Positions 13,830 to 27,838 of a DNA stretch of 64,000 nucleotides are shown one piece after another. The stretch is taken from the NCBI RefSeq assembly GCF_009914755.1, contig NC_060928.1. One strand, given 5' to 3'. Numbering within the stretch: the first letter of the stretch is position 1; the number at the start of each line of letters is the position of its first letter. The position numbers were made by a program, and so were the translations under genes. A model generated the notes under the pieces. That model did not search any database, was not told the DNA's origin, and was given only the letters and a program-made list of their open reading frames with translations. This DNA comes from the human T2T-CHM13v2.0 reference genome, Homo sapiens.

Positions 13830-14940
13830 TATTTTCTTTTTATCTTGGTATTCTACAGTTTCACAATGATATAGTTAGGTATAGATTTGTTCTATAGATT
13901 TATTCATCCTGTTTGGGCTTCTGCAAGCATCCTGATTTTGTAGGTTGGTGTCTTTTATTAGCTCAGCCATTATCTTTTTAGAAACTGCTGCTGTCTATTG
14001 TCTCTGTCTTCTGCAACACTGATTAGATTTATGTTAGTGACTCTTCGTACTAGTCTCCAAGTCTCTTAACCTCTCCTTTATTCTTTCCTTTTCTTTTCTT
14101 TTATTCATTGAACTTCATTTTGGATAGTATCTTCAGAGCTACTATATTCTTTTGTGAGCTGTGTCTAATCCACTATTCAATCCATACATGTATTGTGTGT
14201 GTGTGCGTGTGTGTGTGTATGTATGTGTGTGTGTGTGTGTGTGTGTATGTATCTATATATATATATATATATATATGCAATGAGCTGCTCATTTTGGGAG
14301 GGCTCTGTTAATGAAAACTCTTTAAGACCTGGGGAAAAGATGGGTTCCAATAGAAGGGATTTTCATTTGTTTCTGTCACGTGTCTTTACATTATCAGCCT
14401 AAGATCACTTGAAACTAACTCTTGGCTTAAGATTTTTCAAGCCACCACAGGTAATGGTAATTCTGTCTTCAAATACATATGAAAGTTAGTTTATGGTTAG
14501 ACATTCTCAGGGGATTTTTTTCTCAACTCTGCTTATTACTAAGGTTTAATACAGGCAGTTTTCCTTGAAATACCTAGAGAGGGGCAATGTGCACAGGACA
14601 TGCATGTTTATTGGTAGTTCACCTTGTATATCACTAAGGATATAGTTCTCTAGTGTCTTTACTTTATAGAGGGTGTGTATCTTATTAAGCTTCCCATACT
14701 AGGCAAGCCCTAGACTTTGTTTTCCATCCCCATAAAACTGCAAAGATATACAAACTAAAGTTCAAGTTCATTCTGCGGCAGGAAATACTCTCAGAAGATG
14801 TATTCTGATATTTGGCTTACCTCTCTAGGTCCCCACCTTCATTTAATTTATAGCCTGCATGTTCTAGCTCATGGACACAATTCATTTTTTTTCAATTTGC
14901 ATTTTAAGTTGTTTTAGCAATAGGCTTAGTTTGAGCACCC
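13830..14940 (-). mobile_element. Ancient L1M fragment
   Basis: T-rich degraded sequence with antisense L1M-like motifs (ttctacagtttcacaatgatat, tcagccattatc). Confidence 0.45.
14194..14276. repeat. Compound (TG)n/(TA)n microsatellite
   Basis: ~60 bp of interrupted TG repeat followed directly by (TA)11. Confidence 0.95.
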
Positions 14941-17060
14941 AATACACCAGGTTACCCTTTGTAGTTTGTGCAGTCTGATATTGGGTCAAGTTGCCGGATC
15001 ACCTTGCTTGGTGATCAGCCTACTACAAAGTCACAGTATTTAAATCATTATGCTGAGATGTATATGTCAATGAGGTAGTTGCATTATCTTTCTCCACTTT
15101 TTTTCTGTAACATTGCTGTACATCATAACGTTGTAAACACTGCTGTAGAAGAAAGAGAAATAAAGAAGATAAAGTTAACAAAGAATCCAAATTTGGATCT
15201 CTTAAAGGCTGGACTGTTTTCTTTGCCTTTCCCTGATTAGGACTCTGCTGAGTTGGCCTTCACATTAGGAAAATTGATTATTTACAAATGTTTGAACATT
15301 TTCTCACTGACCCCATGGTTGGGTGTGCCTTTGGGATAACAAAAGATGAACAAGCTAAATAGATGTAATTTTATCCTTCTTTTGAAGGAAATGTTGAAAG
15401 AAAGCAATACAAAAGAGAAGTAGAAATTTATACCTGGATTTCAGCATGTGAATTTGTTTCCATACACACACTCCAGAGGCCTAAAATAGAGTCTGAGACA
15501 ATTAATGCTGGAAGGGAAAAGAGATTCCCCAATTCAACCCTGTCCTCTTAGTGATGAGGAAACCAAGTCTCAGAGAAGTTACATGACTTGTTTAACATCG
15601 CAAAATAGAACCATTTTTCAGGACTGGATCTCCTGATTCCAAGGAACTGATTTCTTTCAAAGATAGCATGCTCTCATGTAAAATGCAGGTTCCATTTCAC
15701 CAAAAAATAATGAATATATTTAATAAAGTTAGTAAATTTAGTAAATTTAGTTTATCTTTTGTAGTATACAGAAATTTATGTGAAATAAGAATAAAGAATT
15801 TATTGGAACTCAAAAATGAAACAAAAGCAACTGTGAAAATTAATCCTTTCCATTATGCAGTGTAGGATTAATCTTTTAACTCTCCACTATCTTAGTTGTC
15901 TTTGCCAGCTCGGTAATTAGAAAACTAAGATACATCGATGGCACTTAGGGCTGCCATAATTAGTAAAGATAAAACTTTTATTATTTACATATATTGCATT
16001 TTGAAATAAACTAAGAAATTTGTTTAGACATTTAGAAATAAATATCCTCATCAGGAATGTCTTCTCTGCCATCATCACTAATTATAAGACCCAAGTACAT
16101 TATCACTAAGGAGCTATATAGCACTCTCTCAGTGAGGCTGAAGGTTGAAAGTGAACTGGAAACCTGCTAGGAGTAAACCTCAGAATTCAGTGAAATAAAT
16201 GAAGTCAGAACTAGAGACAGAGAGAAGCATCAAATATCCTCTTCATTACTCATGATAAGGCAGCAGCAAATCACACTGACCTAGGAACCATGAAGTTCTC
16301 TTGGTATTAAAACCACTCACAAAAATGACCTTATCAGGACATCTCTGACAGGTCAGTGTTGATGCATCCACTAATAGCACAGGAATAACTGTTTATTCAG
16401 AGCCACATGTTTTTATTTTTATCTGATATTATGCAATTTTGAATTTCCCTCAAAGGGAGCAGTAATAACCCACACTTGAGATTATTTTTGGACACATTAG
16501 AGCTTTAACCTCCTATTTTAAAAACAGAATCCAAGATTCCAATAGATAACCCAGGCTCTCTCTTGCCAGTACATTCCAGTCTCCACAGGTTCACAGAATT
16601 TTTAGTCACCTGGGAATAATCAGATCCAGATGAGATTTTTATTTATTTTGTTTTGTTTTAAGTAAGGACACTGAAAGTTCACTTATCTAGTATAGGGTTT
16701 TGTTTCACATCTGCAAGAGATCAAAGTTAGTATGGGAAGTATCTCCGGCATGGGTAAGTTGTGAAATCAAAAGAACTGCATGTGCCAGTTGAGTTTAGTT
16801 TTTGGATAAAGTCTCATGAGCAAAAACTGAAGACAGGGTAAACATATTATATATCAATAATAAAAAATGCCCATCAACACAACATAAAAGGGGATTACTC
16901 TATAGAAATCAAACTTCATGTGGTAAAAGAAATGTTAAAATTATTAGCAAAAATTGCCAAGAGTACCTATTAAAAGAAATATCATTTCTCTCTTGACAGT
17001 CTTCTCTCCAAAATGAACTCAACAATGCAGACACTAGCAAAGAAAAAATGAACACTTCTT

Positions 17061-17266
17061 TAAAAATCATGCTTTAAGTTCTGGGATACATGTGCAGAAC
17101 GTGCAGGTCTGTTACACAGGTATACACGCGCCATGGTGGTTTGCTGCACCCATCAACCCATCATCTACATTAGGTATTTCTCCTAATGCTATCCCTCCCC
17201 TAGCCCCCTCCCCCGACAGGCCCCTGTGTGTGATGTTCCCCTCCCTATGTCCATGTGTTCTCATTG
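17061..17266 (-). mobile_element. Short L1PA 3'-end fragment (PA7/PA8-like)
   Basis: ctttaagttctgggatacatgtgcagaacgtgcagg...catgtgttctcattg; TSD-like atgaacac at 17048 and 17267. Confidence 0.9.
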
Positions 17267-17648
17267 ATGAACACATTTTTAATACTATTGCCAAAGGAAA
17301 AATTTCTCTAACTTAAGCTTCGTATTTCCAAAATTTGTTTAGCAATTTTTAGGACTTTTCCTCCTGTTGGAAATTTGATGAGCATGAAGAAAAAGCTTAA
17401 TGGAAGAAACAAATCCGAGGAGAGAGTTTATGGAAAATGGAGAAAGGACAATGAGAACCGACAAAGATTGAATAAGAGAGAGTAAAGAACAAGATGGTGA
17501 CGTAGACTACTTATTCATTCTTTCTTTTTTCCTTTCTGCCGCAAGTATTTGTTAAGCTTTGCTAAGTGCCAGGTATTCTTCTAGGCACTGGAGATATAGC
17601 AGGGAACAAAACAAAGCACTTTCCTTTGTAAGATTTATATTTTAGTGT

Positions 17649-17858
17649 AGGGGCTGGCCAACTTTTTCTATAACAAGCCAAATAGTAAGTATTTTAGGCT
17701 TTGAGGGCCATGCAGTCCCCATTAGGACATCTGAACTCTGCCATTGTAATGCAAAAGTTGTCACAGAAAGACAAACATGTGGCCATGACTGTGTTCCAAT
17801 AAAACTTTATTTACTGAAACACATGACAGGCCAATTTGTCCTGTAAGCCATAGTTTGT
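17649..17858. mobile_element. MER58A-like hAT DNA transposon
   Basis: ggccaactttttctataa...aagtattttaggctttgagggcca...tgtgttccaataaaactttattta...ccatagtttg. Confidence 0.8.
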
Positions 17859-18135
17859 GGAGTGCAAAGGAAAGAAGGAAGTCCAGGATGACTTCAAAGA
17901 TTCTTGCTTAAGCAACTTAGTGACCATGACAATAAACAGTTTCCATGGAGCAGTACAGAGAAACTGAAGAAAGCAAGTGTAGACAAATTTTTATGTTAAA
18001 AGGGAGCAAAGAAAAGGACCACAGAAGGTGTTTTATTGTGCTTGTCTCTATTTGCAAGGTATTTTGCTTTTGTTTGATGTGAGAAAAAAAGCATAGCATG
18101 TTTCTATGATGATGGAAAAACTCCAGTAGAAAACA

Positions 18136-18390
18136 GGGCTGGGTGCAGTGGTTCATGCCTGTAATCCTAACACTTTGGGAGGACGAGGCAGGCGGATCAC
18201 CTGAGGTCAGGAGTTCAAGACCAGCCTGGCTAACATGGTGAAATCCCTGTCTCTACTACTAAAAATACACAAATTAGCCCGGCATGGTGGTGGGCGCCTG
18301 TAGTCTCAGCTACTCGGGGGTTTGAGACAGGAGAATCACTTACCCAGTAGGCGGAGGTTGCAGCCAGGGCTACACAGCGAGACTCCATCA
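18136..18390 (+). mobile_element. AluS with a ~30-bp deletion in the right arm
   Basis: Alu consensus, but ggaggttgcag is joined directly to ccagggc, losing tgagccgagat...cactc. Confidence 0.9.
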
Positions 18391-18432
18391 GGAAGAAAGA
18401 AAGAAAAGAAAGAAAGAAAGAGAGAGAGAGGA

Positions 18433-18496
<64 letters not shown>

Positions 18497-18547
18497 AAAG
18501 AAAAGAAAGAAAAAAAAGAAGGAAGGAAGGAAGAAAGGAAGGAAAAA
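18391..18547. repeat. (GAAA)n/(GGAA)n polypurine microsatellite derived from the Alu tail
   Basis: ~155 bp of pure purines on the + strand. Confidence 0.95.
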
Positions 18548-18597
18548 ACAACAGCAATGGAGAAAAAGAGAGGATAACTGCAGGAAGAAAGTCCATG

Positions 18598-18897
18598 GAC
18601 CTAGAGCAGTGGCTCACACCTATAATCCTGGCGCTTTGGAAGGCCTAGGTGGCCAGACTTCTTGAACCCAGGAGTTTGAGACCAGCCTGGGCAACATAGG
18701 GAGACTCTGTCTCTACAAAAAATACAAAAATTAGCCAGGCATGGTGGCACATGCCTGTAGTCCCAGCTACTTAGGAGGCTGAGGTGGGAGGATCACTTGA
18801 GCCCAGGAGATAGTGGCTGCAGTGAGCCGTAATTGTGCCATTTCATTCCTGCCTGGGTGACAGAGTGAGACCCTGTCTCAAAAAAAAGAAAAAAAAA
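18598..18897 (+). mobile_element. AluJ
   Basis: AluJ-type features (cttgaacccaggagtttgagaccagcctgggcaacatag; ggaggatcacttgagcccagg). Confidence 0.9.
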
Positions 18898-19932
18898 TGG
18901 ACAATTCACCTCTTGTAATAGGAAAGAGGGCAAAACATAAAGTTACAGATGCAAGTAAGTTGTCATGTATGGTTGGGGGAATGTGGATTGCTGACGGGAA
19001 GTGATGATGAGACAGAATTAAACTGACTACAGTTACCCTCTTGGTCTTTTTCTGTTTTCTACTCTCTGAAGACAATAAATATAATAACTATCATGGGCAG
19101 ATAAGAACACCACAGCAGAAAATGATTTTTAGAGGAGGTGAGAGATGTCATTGGAGTGGGGGTGGGAGTACATTCCAAGAGTGACTAGTAGAGGGAGCAA
19201 CCACTTTGACGAATATCATATGACCTGAGCATAAGAACGAAAATCACATTGCTGGACTGAGGGCCTGTATTCTGATGTGCAATGACTGTCATTATGTAAG
19301 GAAAGTAGGAAGTGATCAGAAGAATTTAGAAAATCTTATTAAAAGTTGAAATTATATTTAATAAGCAATATTGCTGATCCATGGGGCCCCTGTAAGGTTC
19401 TGTGAAGGGGAAGCGAAAGAAGATACTTAAGAAAGATAAAGCTTCCTATTAGTATTGGCTGTATTAAAAGACACCAACAAAGTGGTCTGTTGTTCCAGTC
19501 CAACTGGGGTCATCGCTGGCTTGTCTCAAGAAAGATATCAAAGTATAAGTCAACAAGGCTAATTTTATGTAATCACAGCTCACAGAAAAAAATTGTGATG
19601 GAAACAACTACTATACAGAAATTATATGGTAGATAGAATTAGGAATAGACAGAGAAAAACAAAGTTGACAAAAGAATCATCAATGTATAATGTAGAATTA
19701 ATTTCAAAGCTCTAAAGCCCTGCAAATAAAAACATGTTTCATGAGAAATGAACTCTAGAAATCATTCATGTCCAGACAACAGTGATACCTGTGTGAGTCA
19801 GAACTAACCGTGCCTATCCTGAAATACTACATTATACCAAGTGAATGGGTAATGGTTGTAAGCTATGTTTCAAAACAAGAGGGCAGTGGGGCACATTGTC
19901 CCCATTCCTTATACCCACACCTCAACTCATGA

Positions 19933-20142
<210 letters not shown>

Positions 20143-21034
20143 ACAATAAACTCTTAGGGCAAAATTTGTTCAAAGAAATTAGCAATCAACATGTAATCTT
20201 CGCTTTTAGATTTAACATCTCAAAATAAAACTCTGAGGCTTATATGCCAACCATCAAAACAAATCCTCATTCAAGTTGATGTATCTCGGAGCAGAGTGGT
20301 GGTCACACTCAAGGGCAAACCCATCTGGCCTTCACAAAAAGCCCATAGTTTTGAAAAGGCATCAATAAAGAAGGGGCAGATGGAGCTGCCAGCGCACACC
20401 ACACTTGTATCCAGGAAGTTCCTTGCTCTCTTTTTGGCTGAGTAAATGACTCACTGTTGTAATCTTGAGTAAGTCACTTAAATTCCAAGCATTCAACTTC
20501 CTTCCATCCACTAACAATGACCTAATACTAAACATGCTTGAAAAATGATGTAAGACCATTTCCTCTCCATTACCAGCAGCTAAGAGTAACAGATGACTAA
20601 GGAAAAAAAAAAAAAGGAATGATCCATAAAGCAAAAGTAATTCACCCTTTATTATAAAACCACTCCCACTAAGTTAGGAGTATTTTTCCTAGGAATGTTT
20701 TTGAGCTATTTCAACATGGGTACTGGGATAGCTAATTCAAGAGCTAGGGTTCAGCTTTTTCCACAAAAACAGATTTTCAAACTATGATCTGTTGTCTAGG
20801 TGAGAACGAGTGTGCCAGTGTCTTTTAAAAAGTGTTTTATACTGTGTGTCCATGAACTTGTATCCTAATCTTCTAGTTTAATTCAAAAATGCTCACCAAA
20901 TATAATAAAAGTTTATAGCTTTAGTTCAGAAGCAAATAGTAATTAGAAAGAATGAAGGCTTTAGCCAGTTCACTTTTGTACAATATAAAATGCAGATTAA
21001 ATTTTTTTTTTTCAAAAAAACCCACAAAGGAAAA

Positions 21035-21300
21035 ACTATAATATGGGGGTTAGGTATGTAGATTTAGCCAACACACCTAGCTTCAAATCTTGGGTCTGTT
21101 TACTAGCTCTAGGTTGAGGGAAAGCTTCTTAATTGCTCTAAGTTTTAGACTTTTCATTTGCAAAATGTGGATAGTAATGCCTGATCCATGCATATTGCTG
21201 TGAACATTAAGCAAGAAAAAATATACATATAAAAGTTATGCATAAGGTATATATGTAGCAATTAATGCAGTCTGATGCATAATTAATAATTGGGTTTTAT
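21035..21300 (+). mobile_element. MIR SINE (degenerate)
   Basis: cctagcttcaaatcttgg...ttttcatttgcaaaatgtggatagtaatgcct. Confidence 0.6.
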
Positions 21301-23389
21301 AAGTGAGGAAAAAGTTGACCTGTGTAATACAGTAGTTTAATTTTATTCATTTAGTTTTCAGCTATTCAGAGCCTTTATTAAGTTCTTCTTTAGAAAGAAG
21401 TAATTTCTCAAATTCTTCAAAATCATCCACCAGGTTTAGAGCAGACATTACACACAATGTTTTGCTTCTCTTTGGTGACCAATGTGACTTCTACAACAAA
21501 TTCTATTTCTTATCTCTGTGTTATTTCAGATATTTAAGTAATTTAATATTTCAAATATTACTTAAAACTTCCAGTTATTCTTGGGGATTATTTGCATGTC
21601 AGACATCAACATGTAGATCATTGCTTTGTTAAGTAGTATCTTGAAATCTAACTGTTTAGCAAAGTAGAAAGACCATAGGAAAAATAGTAATAAAAAAACA
21701 GAGGGAATAATCCTTCCCTTCCTCAGCCCTAGAGTATAAATGATTAAGCATCATAATTGCAGGGTTCTTTATGCTTTATACAGTAAAAATAACAGAGAAC
21801 AAGGGTAACAAACACAGTTCCCTGTGAGCCAGTGGCATGCTTCCCTGCCTACCACATGTCCTAAGCCAAGACTTGAGAAACAGGTGACTTGGCAAAGAAA
21901 AAGAAATAGCATATACTCATAGAAAGCCCATAAACCAGAGCAGATATGTAACTTGAAAACCCAACCAAGGGCCTACTACCCTTTTATTGGTTGTGCCTCT
22001 TGCCTCTATTGCCTTGTATTACCTCTGCTGGTAGCGATCGAGGCTGTGAACATGGTAAGGAAAAAAAGAAAGACTGCTAAAACTGGCTTGGCACTGAATC
22101 CCGTCACACAGCATTACAGGTCTGTGAGCACACAAGCAGAATTTGACTTGCCCTTTTACATATCTTCACTATAACCTTGTCACTTTCTTAACTGAATTTA
22201 CGGATCTCAGGTTGGTTTTGTCTTTACTATTCTTTACTGAATATTTACATCAAATGGGTGTTTGTTGCTGTCATTATTTTTATTGCTGTTTTGCCAGTTT
22301 GTTCAATGAAAATGGCCATAGCCAAATGGCCAAGAATAACTATGCAGAAATATTGCTTGTCATAAATTATATATCCTAATAATATGATAATGATATGCAA
22401 CTGTTGAGTGCATTATATAACCTCTTATAAATGAATTTCTTCACTTTCAATTTGAATAGAGTTAAAAACTTATCAATTACAAAGTTGTTATGAAGAAGAT
22501 AATCAGAATTACCCAGCTTGAAGAAAGTCATTTAATTCAGTGTCTTATTTCTATGCAAAAAGCCTCACAACTTATTAAAGACAAAGTTTATATTAAATTA
22601 CATATAATATACACATTGCACGTATATAAACACACAAATACTTTCGCAGTGGAAATCTACTCTTAAATACTGTTATTTAGGAATAAAGAGTTAAGGTCAA
22701 GGATTCTATAATATTGAAATAACCAAAATGTTCTATGAAACAAATAGATGAATTAGAGAAAGATTTTGAAAGAGGTTGGAATAGATTATGCAATAGTAGC
22801 TTATGTGTGTATTCAGAAAAATAAAAAACCATTTCCTGTCATTCAGGAAGAAGGGGTCATCTTATTCTAGTGCATAAAGTGAGCAAAGGATGTAGTTAAA
22901 CCAAAGTGAACTGGCTATATTTCTAAAATTAGCTCTTCTATGAGACCATCAAAATCCATGTTTGAAAAAAAATCCTTCATATTTTCACTTATTTTGCTTT
23001 GATTACTCAAAGAAAGAAAAGCTGGTATCTGAGATCTAAAAGCAGATAAAAAACAAATTCCAAATGTTCAAATCTGAGCAACTTAATTCCAAACTTAGCT
23101 AATCCTGAGTCTACCTGGACATTTGCCCTTTTTAATTTTATTTTTTTTAACCAGAAATACTGGTCTAGAATAATCAGGAAGCATAAATCATGAGAGCCAA
23201 GAGGGAAAGCCAGAAATTTGCAGCTGGCACAACTGATCTGGTCTTGTCAGTATAAATGACCATGACATGTTGATTCCAGTAGGACCTGAGGCCCCCAGAG
23301 TAGAGGTGTGATGGAAATTGTGCTTTGGTGGAAATAGCATGGAAACTCAGGTAAGAGAATTCACTTGAATTCAGTTTCTGCCTCTTTCC

Positions 23390-23960
23390 AGTTGTGTTAG
23401 TCATGACTCCTGAAGGAAGTTGCAGAAATCCAACCAGAACTAGCCTAGGCATAGGAAAATGAGACATTTATTGGCTCAGGAAAGCAAACTGGCAGAAGGA
23501 CAAAAATACAGTTGTCACCAAGGACAACTGGCCCCAGGGTAGGAATGCTGCTGGGTTCCTCTCTTTCATTGCCATTTTTGTCCGTATGTCAGCTTCCTTC
23601 TCTAGGACCAGAGTTCTCAAGGTACCTATCACAACAACTTTCAGTGGCCCCTGCCTCCCCTGTGAACAACTTCCCAACCAGCAAAGAGGAGTCTCTCCCT
23701 ACATCAAAGTCCTCCATCCTTCTCCTCCTAGTGAAAACATGAGGAAAGATTCCAAATGACTAGACTCTCCTCTTGCATTCAAGTCCTGGGTCAGGAGGGT
23801 TGCCGTAATTAGTCCAGCTTCTGTCAGATGGCCACTCTGAGGTCAGTCAGTGTAGCCCAGGAGATTAAGGTCACATAACATGAGGCGGTTTCCAGTCAGT
23901 CCAAATGCTGGAGGTTGGGATTGGGGAGCAGTTTCCTACAACAAAGGGGTTATCACAGAT
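23390..23960 (-). mobile_element. Ancient MaLR LTR (MLT1-type)
   Basis: gttgcagaaatccaaccagaactagcctagg...atttattggctc resembles an antisense MLT1 end. Confidence 0.45.
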
Positions 23961-26048
23961 AATATTTCTGTGAGCAAGGCAGCCCCGGTGATTTGACTCT
24001 GCTATAGTAGCTGCTGGCCTGAGGCCAAGTTACTTTAACCTCCTTAGTTTCCTAAAGTATACAATTGGTAAATTGTAATATTTAACTCAGAATTATTGTG
24101 AGGAGTTATTAAATTAATACATGATAAAGTACCTTAAAAACACAAAATGCTTACAAACGAATACATTTTCAGTTTTTTCCTCAGATTAGATTCAGATATA
24201 TTTCTGGAATCTGGTGTGAGCCAGTGAAGAACTGCCTTTCCCTCAGCCTCATTTTAAGCATTAGATGCTGGCCAGTGAATTTATCAGTTAATAATTCTTT
24301 GGGAAAGGTTCTAATAATTAGCAGGTTATTTGTAGCAAATATACCAGATCAAATGTAAAACGATATGTTAGCAATAATTAGGTCTAGCAATTTAAAATAT
24401 CAAGCCTAAAAGAGCAAGAGTTTATTCTATCTCATCAGAAAAACAGCCATTTCTACTCCATAATGTGATATCTAAATTATGAACTACTCCAAAGAAATGT
24501 GTTTTCCAGAGAATGTAGCTGAATACTTATCTAGAATAGGAAAGTAAATTTTACTTTGTGTTCCTTACTCGAAGCATTCCTTTCCTTAATACTGATTTAC
24601 CTATGTGGGAGGCTGGCAACACAAATTCCATGCTGTTGAAAAGGAAACGAAGGTGGAAATATTTAGCAGCTCACCTACAGTGGTTAGTGACATCACTCAA
24701 GTAATGACACCAAGTGAAAAATCCTTCTCTTCCATCCCCAAATTCAGGACTTTCACTATTTCTTGAATTAATTGACTGTTCTTAATTCCATAGCATTTGA
24801 CTTTGGAATTGAAATATGTGGTATTCGATGCAGTTCATAAAGCAGGCAGGTAGCTCTCCATGTGTGTAAGGCCTCCTTAAACTACTAGCTTCTGTTGTAT
24901 TTCCCTGCCTCAAGCAACTTTTCTCTGGTGGGAGAAGGTCAGGGTTGACACTGAATTTCTCAGTGTCAATCCCACCTACTTTATCCCACCTGAAGCTATT
25001 CTTAAGAAAATAAAGCAACCCTGCCTCATCCTTGGCACACTAAACACAAACTCCAATCTCATCTCCCCTGGGATGGCCTCTATGAACTCTCAAGCCTGGT
25101 CAGATGATCCTCCTTTGGGTCTCAAAGTACACTGGGCTTGTCCCTTGTCTATTTTCTTCAGCATGTATGTATCTTCAGTGCCTAACAATGTGCGTACTAT
25201 TTATTAATCAACGAATATTTATTGGGCATCCACAATATATCAGGCTTTATTCTAGTAGTTGTAGAAGTTGATACTTGAAACATGAATGAATGAATAAGAT
25301 TCCCAATTCCATCTGCAGATGGGATTAGGAACCAGTCATATACCATAAGTTTGGGCTCTCCCAGGCCCATCAGGTTATAATAGCTTCCATTAACCTCCAC
25401 TGTTCTTGTCCAGCCATTATAACTGGGCCTTTCTGAAATTTTCTACTAGTTCTTTAAGCGTTTGTTTACAGCTACAATTCTGCACCCTAATCCACTTGGC
25501 AAGAAAAGAGCTTTTGCTTATTTCTTGATAGTCTCCTTCTCCTAGGGGCTGTGTCTAGCATAAGTGTTATGAGCCACCTGAACCATGATGCCTCTACCCA
25601 TTGAACATCAACACAGCCCCACCCATTGTCTACAGTGGCCATTTCAATGTCCATTATTCCTAAGCCTCCTGGGTCACCACTGCCACCTCTCTCTCAAGAG
25701 ATGATCTCAACTTCCATCATGTAGAATAAATAGAAGACATTAGGTACAAACATCCTCAAATTTATATCTGTACATCTTCAAAATTATCTGCCCCTATACC
25801 TATTGTGTCCTTATTTCCTATTTTCATTATGGAAAATGTCTCTCCTCTGCTGGAAAAAAATTAAGCTCCCAACCTTAGTTCTGGATCCCATTCCCTCCCT
25901 CTGTCTCTGGCTTTGAAACACAACTGTTATTTGAATGTATAAGTTCCTTATAAATCAGACCTATTAACTTTTCATATAGTACCTAAAAATTCTCTGTAGT
26001 AGTTGAGAAGGTAACAAAGCAATGTTCCCAGTAAAGGTTTTTATAAAC

Positions 26049-26268
26049 CATAGTTTCTCCACCTCAGCACCATTGACATTTTGTAAGGGATAATGGGGAA
26101 GCCAGGGTGGGTTGTGGGGAGCTGTCCTGTGCATGTAGCATCTCTAGTCTCTATTCACTAGATGCCAGTAGCACCATACTCCTCAGGTTGTAACAACCAA
26201 AAATGTCTCCAGACATTGTCAAATGTCCGTTGGGGGGCAAAATTACTCCTGATTAACTGAGAACCACT
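26049..26268. mobile_element. MER20 hAT DNA transposon
   Basis: gtttctccacctcagcaccattgacattttg...cactagatgccagtagcac...acaaccaaaaatgtctccagacattg...tgagaaccact. Confidence 0.9.
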
Positions 26269-27518
26269 ATTATAAGCAATTAGAAAGCAAAATGTAGGAT
26301 TTGAGAGCAAGATCAGAGGCTTTAGGTATCTGGATACAGAATCAACCTGAATTGTGTTTTTGAGTTTGAATGCCATTAACAATAAAACTTTAAGGGTCAA
26401 AAATATACTACATGGTGAAATTGTGGTAAAGAATCAAATGATTAAAAATTCAGCTAGGGGTCTAAGATAAAGTTATGAGCGATAATGAAATAGCAGATTG
26501 AGCATAGAAAGACCTTCATTTTGAAAGATAACATAATGATCAAGAGTTTGATCTTCTCTATTTGTTCTTTGTATAGGAAGGTTTATTGTAAGAAAAGGGA
26601 CATTACACAAAGCTGTGAAGTGATCCAATCTTTCACAAAATTCTCCAGATGAATGCCTATAAATATCCTCCTAAAAACATTTATGAATTCCATATTCCTG
26701 ATAACAACTGTTACCTCCTACTCTGATTTGTAGAAAATTAAGGCACAGAATAAGAAGACAGGAACTTTCAAATAGTATAATAAAATAGAGTATGTTTCTT
26801 ATAATTTAAAATGGTTCATTACTGTGTTGCCCCGCTTACTTCATTTACTCGTACTTGCTTTATATACTAATCAATAGGTTAAATATGTTGTTAGTGGTCA
26901 CTCCTACTAAAAGTTAGGCAAAGGGTCATTAAAAATACATATAAAATAACCCTCATACTAATCTTATTTCCATGAAAAAGTTCAATTTCATGTTTAACAC
27001 GTCAACTCATTAATTTTTCCAGAAAGGGAAACAACTTGATAATAACAGAATATGTTGTGGTTAAGAGTGAGGGATAGAGTCAAACTGTGGAGGTTTGAAT
27101 GCCAGACTCCCTCTCCTTGCTGTGTGACCTTGGGAAAGTCACTTACCTTCTCTGTGCCTACACCACACAATTAGAAGAAACAAAGCATGTGGAAAGCATA
27201 GTGTCCAGCATGTCCATAACTATCACCATCATCATCATCATTATCATCATCATAAATAACCAACCCTACCCACTAGCCACTGCATAGAGGTTAACCAACA
27301 TACCAGTCAAGGACAGGGTTTCTGGATCTAGCCAGAGCTTACCACTGAGAATGATGACCAATAAATATCAGCTTCCTTCCAGATGCGCATCTGAGGCTCA
27401 TTATTATCTGCTTCTGGCATGGTTTTAAAAGTCTCTCAGGAGCTTGCTCATAGTTGATTACTATACCCATTGTCAAAAAAGGAATTATCCAGAAATTAGC
27501 ACATTCTTCTTCAAATAA

Positions 27519-27838
<320 letters not shown>

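Noticed and set aside
14997-15016. Small hairpin gatcacc-ttgctt-ggtgatc
   Set aside because: A 7-bp stem is expected by chance in 64 kb, and there is no ncRNA context.
18322-18648. Lys/Glu/Arg-rich 108-aa ORF and its Phe/Leu/Ser-rich antisense ORF
   Set aside because: These are translations of the (GAAA)n microsatellite and Alu sequence.
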